Virus record (IMG/VR): IMGVR_UViG_3300032293_002550
Length of the DNA: 20,000 bases
Strand: one strand, 5' to 3'
From: an uncultured virus (IMG/VR IMGVR_UViG_3300032293_002550)
Taxonomy: Duplodnaviria > Heunggongvirae > Uroviricota > Caudoviricetes
Shown here: in pieces, positions 1 to 6,119 of the stretch
How positions within the stretch are numbered: position 1 is the first letter of the stretch
Layout of the letters: each line of letters begins with the position of its first letter
Notes under the pieces: model-generated
What the model was told of the DNA's origin: nothing
What the model saw: the letters and a program-made list of their open reading frames with translations, nothing else
Databases searched by the model: none
Program-made: the position numbers and the translations under genes

Positions 1-1092
1 AATGAATCCACCAATTTGGCCTTCTCTTTTTCCTTCCCCTGGGTACCAACCCTTGATAACCAAATCACATTCGTTAACCTCCTTGAGTTTAATCCAATTC
101 TTAGACCTCTTACATTCATAGACGTGATCTGGATTTTTCAAAATAACTCCCTCACCACCACGGCTTACAATATGATTATAGTAGTCGTATATGAGTTCTT
201 TTTCCCTAGCTATAAAAGATTCTGCCAGCACCACCAAAGATGTCGTACACGTATTAAAAACAGCTTCTAATGAGGCCCTTCTTAGGGAGAAAGGAATAAC
301 TCCTTTACCATTTTTAAGTGTTTCTGCATCTTCAAGATCAAAAACATTAAATAGAAGATCATTTCCTATTGAGTCTTGTGGTTTTCCTTTGAGCATTTGA
401 TTGACCTTTCCTGAAACAGTTTTGCGATTTGCATCTGTAAGTTCTCCGTCAAAAAACCAATCACCTTGTAAACCAGAGTGTTCTATAAGCTCCAAACACT
501 CATCAGCAATTTTCTTTAAGTAGTGTGAGGGGATTTCATTAAATGCTCGTGTAAAAAATTTAACCTCCCTTCCTGATACGAAAGCTGCTATACGAACACC
601 ATCATACTTTTCCTCACAAATGATTTGTGGCCAGTTGTTGATTTCGTCTTCGTCATCTTGGGCTAGCATCAGACTTGGATCAGGAATAAGCTCAATTCCT
701 ACCGCTTTGTTGATGAGTTTTGCTCCTATCCCAATGTTCAATCTCTTAGTCAAAATCTTACCTAGTAACTTCCTGTGTTCAAAAGGAAGATCTATACAGT
801 TGACTAGTTCGAACGCTTCCTCACGAAATTTGTCATTTGGAGCTGGAGCCACGAATAGTCTGGAAGTAAGATCCTCGAACTTTTCGAAAGGATCGTAGTC
901 GACAAGATAGGGGCTATGTTCGATAACCTCCAGTTTGTGAAGTTTAGTAGTTAGAAAGGGGTTGAGTGCAACTTTCAGAAAATAATCAAGGACCTGTCCT
1001 CGATTTCCTTTAATGAGTTCTTGTTTGAATTTTTGTGAGCCCTCACCAGTGGTTGACTCTACCTTAAGCAATACCTCTAATTCCTGTTTCAT
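1..1092 (-). CDS. ATP-dependent DNA ligase (T4 gp30-like), 3'-truncated by the window edge; missing from the ORF track
   Basis: Manual translation from the ATG at 1092 (MKQELEVLLKVESTTGEGSQK...) stays open to position 1. It contains ligase motifs I EEKYDGVR, III FFDGEL, IIIa FNVFD, IV EGVILK and V KRSKNWIKLK. Confidence 0.95.
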   Translation of the reverse strand, partial: MKQELEVLLKVESTTGEGSQKFKQELIKGNRGQVLDYFLKVALNPFLTTKLHKLEVIEHSPYLVDYDPFEKFEDLTSRLFVAPAPNDKFREEAFELVNCIDLPFEHRKLLGKILTKRLNIGIGAKLINKAVGIELIPDPSLMLAQDDEDEINNWPQIICEEKYDGVRIAAFVSGREVKFFTRAFNEIPSHYLKKIADECLELIEHSGLQGDWFFDGELTDANRKTVSGKVNQMLKGKPQDSIGNDLLFNVFDLEDAETLKNGKGVIPFSLRRASLEAVFNTCTTSLVVLAESFIAREKELIYDYYNHIVSRGGEGVILKNPDHVYECKRSKNWIKLKEVNECDLVIKGWYPGEGKREGQIGGFI

Positions 1093-1108
1093 ATTTCTTG
1101 ATTTGATA

Positions 1109-1136
1109 CAAATGTAGAAATTCCTACAGAATCAAA
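1109..1136 (-). promoter_or_regulatory. Putative Bacteroidota-type housekeeping promoter for the ligase
   Basis: The minus strand reads TTTG (1136-1133), 16 nt, TACATTTG (1116-1109). This matches the -33 TTTG / -7 TAnnTTTG consensus, although the spacer is shorter than typical. It lies in the intergenic gap before the ligase ATG. Confidence 0.55.
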
Positions 1137-1159
1137 AAAATGAATTGAGATATTATTTG

Positions 1160-2800
1160 CTAAGCTGTCTCCTCTCCTCCTTCAGCAGGGGCTTCGGTTT
1201 CAGGAGTGGCCGCTGGTGCCTCTTCCTCTGCTCCTCCTTCTGGAGCTTCAGCAGGAGCCGATTCAACCTTCTCTGTTTGCTTATATTTTTTGTTAGCCAT
1301 TATGTCTTCATATGAAAGACCCGACCATCTTTCAATTAAGAAGTCTTGGTCAAAATATTGTACCTCCTCTTCATTGACGGTTTCTTTGATTTCACCCAAT
1401 GAATTAATAAAATCTATGTGCTTGAGTAGTTGCTCAATTTCTCTAGATTCACCAAACGTGTTGTCGCTTTCATATTTGATTCCTATTTGGCTTCTAAACT
1501 CTGAATCATTTTTTAAATTGGGAAAGTCCAAACACATCTGGATCCAAAGTGGCTTCACCATGATCTCTTGGAAAATAGATCTTAAACGAGTTATGAATTT
1601 GGCAAAACGCACTTCATCCCTTTCAGAACCATCGGCTGGTATTTTATAAGCTGCTGCAGAACCAGATCCCCATCTTGCTGAGAATCTATTATAGGGAATT
1701 TTAGAATCCATTCTGAGTTTATTATAGAAATAAACTACAGAATCCATTATGTTGAGATTGGGACCTTGTGCATTGATCGTCTCTACCTTGGTTGATTCTC
1801 CCCCAGCTTGTGGAAAAAGATAGTTCTTATAGAATTGCAAATCTGGTCTACCATTAATAGCAAGTTCTCCAGAACTTGTGTCTAGCTTAATATCTTCTTT
1901 ATAAGCAGACATTAGCTCTCCCAATGTTTCCTTTGCCTTTTGTGGAGACTTGCTCCCTATTGGAACAGTCATCTTAATTCTATATTGGGAGTTCATCACA
2001 TTCCAAATGATTCTAGAATGCTCCATGATTTTCAACAAGTTGTAAGATCGAACTAGTCTTTCACAATAAGATGTTCTAGCAACCGTGTTTGATTTAGCAT
2101 AAGAAATGTAAATCAATTGAGCATCCAACAATTTTCTTTGTCTAGTTGTCTCTCCATAATACTGCCACCAGACACTCTCTCTGGTACCATCAGGTTTCTT
2201 TTCAACCGCAGGGGTCAAACTTGTTGCATCCAATTCTTTGAATCCAACTATATCCTTTCCATCACTAGAATATATGATTTCAAATGCCAGAAATCCTTCT
2301 ACCAGAAGTTGTCTAAAGTATTGCCAAGCTGTTAATCCGTTGGTGAAGTTGTGTAGGACGTAGAGCTTTCTGAAATTCTTTCTTAGAGCTTTCATGACCT
2401 CATCCTTCAAATCCATGTTCATGGTTGCGGGATGACAAAAGAAGTTTTTCTCGTCATAAACTATCCCCTCGTCACAAAGAGTATCTAGAATGTATTCTAT
2501 CTCGGAGTTGAGCGCAAAAGTTCTTAGAAAGTCCCTTCTTACAGGGTAGTCCTTATCAAAATAGGCAATGTATTTTCTGTTAGATGAATCTTGCGCTGCA
2601 ATACTATAAATGAAATCCTCATCATCTTGAGCGTATCCGAATCGTTCTCTCATGTTGGCTTCAGAAATACCGATTGCCATCGAATCCTGAATCACCATGT
2701 CCTTGTATTCCATTCCAAAGGATCCCAATCCACTGATCGTTTTAATGATTCTTGAAACGTTGGGGTTGATTTTCCCTAAATTATCTATAAATCCTGCCAT
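1160..2800 (-). CDS. Portal vertex protein, T4 gp20-like (paralog B, acidic Ala/Glu/Pro tail)
   Basis: gp20-like blocks include SEIEYILDTLCDEGIV, YFYNKLRMDSKIP and RDEVRFAKFITRLRSIF. It is 546 aa and lies near gp2/gp4. Confidence 0.88.
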   Translation of the reverse strand: MAGFIDNLGKINPNVSRIIKTISGLGSFGMEYKDMVIQDSMAIGISEANMRERFGYAQDDEDFIYSIAAQDSSNRKYIAYFDKDYPVRRDFLRTFALNSEIEYILDTLCDEGIVYDEKNFFCHPATMNMDLKDEVMKALRKNFRKLYVLHNFTNGLTAWQYFRQLLVEGFLAFEIIYSSDGKDIVGFKELDATSLTPAVEKKPDGTRESVWWQYYGETTRQRKLLDAQLIYISYAKSNTVARTSYCERLVRSYNLLKIMEHSRIIWNVMNSQYRIKMTVPIGSKSPQKAKETLGELMSAYKEDIKLDTSSGELAINGRPDLQFYKNYLFPQAGGESTKVETINAQGPNLNIMDSVVYFYNKLRMDSKIPYNRFSARWGSGSAAAYKIPADGSERDEVRFAKFITRLRSIFQEIMVKPLWIQMCLDFPNLKNDSEFRSQIGIKYESDNTFGESREIEQLLKHIDFINSLGEIKETVNEEEVQYFDQDFLIERWSGLSYEDIMANKKYKQTEKVESAPAEAPEGGAEEEAPAATPETEAPAEGGEETA

Positions 2801-2803
2801 CTT

Positions 2804-4393
2804 TTAAATTGTAAATTCTCCCTCTTTTTCACCGCCTTCTTTCTTTTCTCCCTCTCCTGATTTTTCCTTTTTCTTTTTGGCTTCTTCTTTGAATTTCTCG
2901 TTGTCGAGCATATCTTGGTTAGACATCCCTAACCATCTATCTAGGGCAAATTTCAAATTGAAATATGACTTGCCTTCTGAATCTTTCAAGCCTAGTATTT
3001 TGATGACCTGGTCTTTTCTTGCTGTCATTACCTCCATCTCTTTGGCCTCCTTGAACATGTTCTCTTTAACGTAATCTAATCCAAACTCCGATTTGATTAG
3101 ATAGTCATTTTTCATTTGTGGAAAGTCCAAACAAAATTGGACCCAAAGGGGCTTCATCAGAATCTCTTGGTAGATAGAGCGAAGACGATTTATAAACTTA
3201 CCAAATCTTATTTCCTCCTGGTCTAGACCATCAGCAGAGAATGTGATAGTTCCCTCTGATCCAGAATCATCCCTACCGAACCTACTGGCAGGAACTTTAG
3301 AATCGATCCGAAGTTTGTTGGCAAAATATTGCAGAGCCTTCGTGTCAGAAAAAGCAGTTGCGTCTCCTGCTCCAGTCAATGGCTGAATATCAGGTGTACC
3401 ATTCGGTGAGGATGGCATGAGATAGTTCTTGAAAAATTGAATCTTAGGACGTCCATCAACAGTCAATTCACCACTATCAGTGTTGAGTCTTATGTCCTCC
3501 TTGTAAATGCTCATCAATTCACCAAGCGTTTGTTTGGCTTTCTGTGGGGATTTGGTCCCAATAGGAACTGTCATCGCCATCCTGAATGAGGAATTCATCA
3601 CGTTCCAAATTATTCTGGTGTGCTCCATAATCCTCAATAAGTTAAATGACCTAATAAGCCTCTCAACATAACTAATTCTAGCAGCGGTTCCTCCACCCTT
3701 TGCATAACTTATGTAGATAATTTGGGAGTCATAAAGTTTTCTTGTGAGTGACGGATTATCTGGGTATTGAATCCAAATGTCAACATAAGAACCATCTGGT
3801 TGCTGCTCAACTGTGGGAACTAATGAAGCAGCATCGATCTCCTTGAATCCTATGATGTTTTTTCCTTTCTTGTCAAATATGATTTCGAATGATAGATTTC
3901 CCTCGACCAGAAATTTTCTGAAGAGGTGCCAAGCAAGAATGTCTTGGTTAAACCCAAACAAATTATAGATTTCCTTATATCTTTTTTGAACCTTAGAAGA
4001 AACATCTTCATCCACATCATCATGTTGCATGAAAGAAAAATAAGCCCAAAAGTTTTTCTCGTCGTAAACTATCGATTCGTCACAAATTGTATCAAGAATG
4101 AATTCAATCTCTGGGTTTTGTGCAAAACCCTGTACATAGTGTCTTTTGTTCTTAAAATCTTTATCAAAATAAGCTATGTATTGCTTTGTTGTTGTATCAG
4201 ATCTTTTTAAACCAAATAGAAAAGCCTCATCTTTGATCCCTCCTTTTTTGAGAAACTGTGCTTCAGTGACCCCAACGGCTTGTGAATTTTTGACAACGAG
4301 ATCTCCATAGGCCATTCCAAAACTGCCTACTTTCCTAATGTTTTCGATTATTGTATCAAAAAATGTTTTCTTTCCGTCAGTAAATCCAGCCAT
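2804..4393 (-). CDS. Portal vertex protein, T4 gp20-like (paralog A, Lys/Glu tail)
   Basis: gp20-like blocks include NPEIEFILDTICDESIV, YFANKLRIDSKVP and EEIRFGKFINRLRSIY. It is 529 aa and collinear with the ORF at 1160-2800. Confidence 0.88.
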   Translation of the reverse strand: MAGFTDGKKTFFDTIIENIRKVGSFGMAYGDLVVKNSQAVGVTEAQFLKKGGIKDEAFLFGLKRSDTTTKQYIAYFDKDFKNKRHYVQGFAQNPEIEFILDTICDESIVYDEKNFWAYFSFMQHDDVDEDVSSKVQKRYKEIYNLFGFNQDILAWHLFRKFLVEGNLSFEIIFDKKGKNIIGFKEIDAASLVPTVEQQPDGSYVDIWIQYPDNPSLTRKLYDSQIIYISYAKGGGTAARISYVERLIRSFNLLRIMEHTRIIWNVMNSSFRMAMTVPIGTKSPQKAKQTLGELMSIYKEDIRLNTDSGELTVDGRPKIQFFKNYLMPSSPNGTPDIQPLTGAGDATAFSDTKALQYFANKLRIDSKVPASRFGRDDSGSEGTITFSADGLDQEEIRFGKFINRLRSIYQEILMKPLWVQFCLDFPQMKNDYLIKSEFGLDYVKENMFKEAKEMEVMTARKDQVIKILGLKDSEGKSYFNLKFALDRWLGMSNQDMLDNEKFKEEAKKKKEKSGEGEKKEGGEKEGEFTI

Positions 4394-4986
4394 TAAAACT
4401 GCATATTTTTCTTATATATCTCTTCAATCGGGGTCCCTTCAATTGCTCTAGTGTGAAGATAAACTATTCTAGTCCATTCTTCGACAGGAATTTCTATAAT
4501 GTCTCTCACTTTTTTAAGATCCCACACCCTGTAGGAATTCTTGAAGGGAATTCCAGTTAATATGGTGTTGAGAGTTTCATAGTCAGTTTTGAACTGAATT
4601 TGACTCTTTGCCTGTCCCTCTTCAACTTTTTTGATGTTGGTTTCGATCTGGGAACCGAATACACTTTGAATTTTTGTAAAGAATGGAATTCTGATCATCG
4701 GAGGCATAAGAATTAAATCAATACCGCTGAAAAGATTTTTTTCTTCTTTTATGAAATACCCGGTAAAAAAAACAACGGGTCTTTTATTTATGAATTTTTT
4801 ACTTTTTTCCAGTTTGTCATTATACTCAAAAGAATAAACCTTTCCCGTTAGAAATTCATCAGGGTTGAATTCTTTTCTTTGGTTAACGTAATTTTCAAAC
4901 CAGAATAGAAAAGAATCCTCGCCTGGAGAATTGAGAGTGGAAGATTGTAATCTAAAATCCTCAAATCTTTGATTGAAAGGTTTCAT
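4393..4986 (-). CDS. DNA end protector protein, T4 gp2-like
   Basis: GKVYSFEY..K, FSGIDLILMPPMIR and EIPVEEWTRIVYL resemble gp2 blocks (G-x-x-Y-x-F-x-Y, GLNLHYxPP, EIxPxDW). It follows gp4, as in T4-like phages. Confidence 0.78.
   Translation of the reverse strand: MKPFNQRFEDFRLQSSTLNSPGEDSFLFWFENYVNQRKEFNPDEFLTGKVYSFEYNDKLEKSKKFINKRPVVFFTGYFIKEEKNLFSGIDLILMPPMIRIPFFTKIQSVFGSQIETNIKKVEEGQAKSQIQFKTDYETLNTILTGIPFKNSYRVWDLKKVRDIIEIPVEEWTRIVYLHTRAIEGTPIEEIYKKNMQF
4413..4420 (-). promoter_or_regulatory. Putative late promoter GATATATA upstream of the portal genes
   Basis: Exact GATATATA 19 nt upstream of the portal A ATG, embedded in the 3' end of gp2. The same 8-mer occurs at 8453-8460 and 15342-15349. 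Confidence 0.55.
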
Positions 4987-5483
4987 CGCATTATGAACTT
5001 CTCGTTAATAGCTCCAAATTTATATCCTCTTGACTCAGCGAATCTTGTTGCAGCTTCAAACTTAGCACGATTAGTTATCCAGATTTGAAGCTTTTGGTTG
5101 TATGCTCTAACTTTCTTTTCTGTAAGATTGCCTACAGGTTCCTTTGGTCTCTTGTTAATATCATATTGGTTTTCCGGCTTTATTTCAATCAACCAATCTT
5201 CAATTGTTCCATCAAGTTTTTTGACCTGTATGTAATAGTCAACGAAATAAGTGTGCTCCTTCTTGTCAATTGGTGACCAATATTTTATTCCAGAAAGTGG
5301 CTCAGAAGACCATTTAACGATGTTGGGATTTGTATCACAATATTGGCAAAACTTCCTTTCCCAAGAACTTCTATAGATTATATTGTTGATGTCTCCAATA
5401 TACTTAGAGGGATTTAAAGGAGCATACAATCCTTGTTTGTATTTGGAATTTTTTGTGGGCCTTAAATTCTTGATGTTCTTCAT
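4983..5483 (-). CDS. Head completion nuclease, T4 gp4-like (TnsA-like fold)
   Basis: KYKQGLYAPLNPSKYIGD..NIIYRSSWERKFCQYCD.NPNIVKWSSE, HTYFVD, LIEIKP and NRAKFEAA match the gp4 family pattern. Confidence 0.92.
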   Translation of the reverse strand: MKNIKNLRPTKNSKYKQGLYAPLNPSKYIGDINNIIYRSSWERKFCQYCDTNPNIVKWSSEPLSGIKYWSPIDKKEHTYFVDYYIQVKKLDGTIEDWLIEIKPENQYDINKRPKEPVGNLTEKKVRAYNQKLQIWITNRAKFEAATRFAESRGYKFGAINEKFIMR

Positions 5484-5517
5484 AGAGGTGTGGCCTTTCT
5501 AAAATTGCCAAAAGCAA

Positions 5518-5874
5518 TCAAATATTATAATTTGTGTTTTCTTCTTTCACGATTCTTGAAAATGGGATAGTCTTGATGGACTTAGGTGGATGAATTTTTT
5601 TCCACCCTTTTTTCATTCCATTATGAGCTATTTGGGAGATGAATGCGAATGGATTGTCAGACTTCTCTGGATCATATCGATTCCAATACTTTATGAGATC
5701 CTCAAGACCAGACGAGATACAATCTTCACGATCTTCTGTGTCTCGATATGAATGTGTCTTGCTCATTCCATTGACAATAAGAGTGAACATCTTAATTGTT
5801 TCTGAGGTTAGTTCACCTTGTTCTTTGCTTTCTAATAAAGCTCTTTTGAGTTCTTTGTTTTTAACGTAGATCAT
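5518..5874 (-). CDS. Late-transcription sigma factor, T4 gp55-like
   Basis: YVKNKEL, REDCISSGLEDLIKYWNRYDPEKSDNPFAFISQIAHN parallel gp55 YVNNKEL...EMIADGIE...NFD...NPHAYITQ. It is short (118 aa). Confidence 0.85.
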   Translation of the reverse strand: MIYVKNKELKRALLESKEQGELTSETIKMFTLIVNGMSKTHSYRDTEDREDCISSGLEDLIKYWNRYDPEKSDNPFAFISQIAHNGMKKGWKKIHPPKSIKTIPFSRIVKEENTNYNI

Positions 5875-6119
5875 TGTTCGATAGGGAGATTTTTTTGGAA
5901 CTTTTCGATTTGATTTTCTAAGCTTGTCTTCAATTTTTCCAAATTTTCCCTAGAACCCTTAATTACCTCTATCCCTATTCTACCATTTTCTAAACTGGAA
6001 GTTTCCAATTCAGTTAGTTTATCCAAACATGTCTTTAAATCATCCAAAACAAAACTGAGTCTATTTCCTAATCCCTCTTCGGGCAAGGAAACAGACTCAG
6101 ATACTAAACTCGATCTTAC
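5871..6119 (-). CDS. Coiled-coil segment, probably the -1 frameshift extension of the 772-aa protein (ORF track: 5871-6086 with TTG start)
   Basis: The frame opens just after a TAA at 6134-6132, has no ATG, and reads VRSSLVSESVSLPEEGLGNRLSFVLDDLK... Its TGA overlaps the gp55 ATG (ATGA). Confidence 0.65.
   Translation of the reverse strand, partial: VRSSLVSESVSLPEEGLGNRLSFVLDDLKTCLDKLTELETSSLENGRIGIEVIKGSRENLEKLKTSLENQIEKFQKNLPIEQ
6046..6100 (-). other. Long RNA hairpin plus U-rich tail (frameshift stimulator and/or intrinsic terminator)
   Basis: CTGAGTCTGTTTCCT (6100-6086) pairs with AGGAAATAGACTCAG (6069-6055), giving 15 bp with one G-U. An inner CCC-GAAGA-GGG stem extends it, and TTTTGTTTT follows. 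Confidence 0.75.

Noticed and set aside
16..898. Plus-strand ORFs 16-270, 191-400 and 620-898, and the other plus-strand ORFs in the track
   Set aside because: These are antisense shadows of well-supported minus-strand genes (here the ligase), with no recognisable motifs.
1104..1122. Minus-strand AATTTCTACATTTGTATCA resembles the Cas12a repeat end (AATTTCTAC-N4-GTAGAT), a possible solitary repeat
   Set aside because: The 3' arm is GTATC rather than GTAGA, so the stem is broken. It is single copy with no cas gene, and is better explained as a TAnnTTTG promoter plus palindrome.
4983..5483. TnsA-like nuclease as evidence of a Tn7-like transposon
   Set aside because: Sequence and context (gp55, gp2, portal) fit gp4 head completion protein. 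No tnsB/tnsC or transposon ends are present.
5500..5518. Small hairpin ATTGC-TTTTG-GCAAT plus TTT after gp55 as a terminator
   Set aside because: The stem is short and AT-rich with a short U-run, too weak to call.
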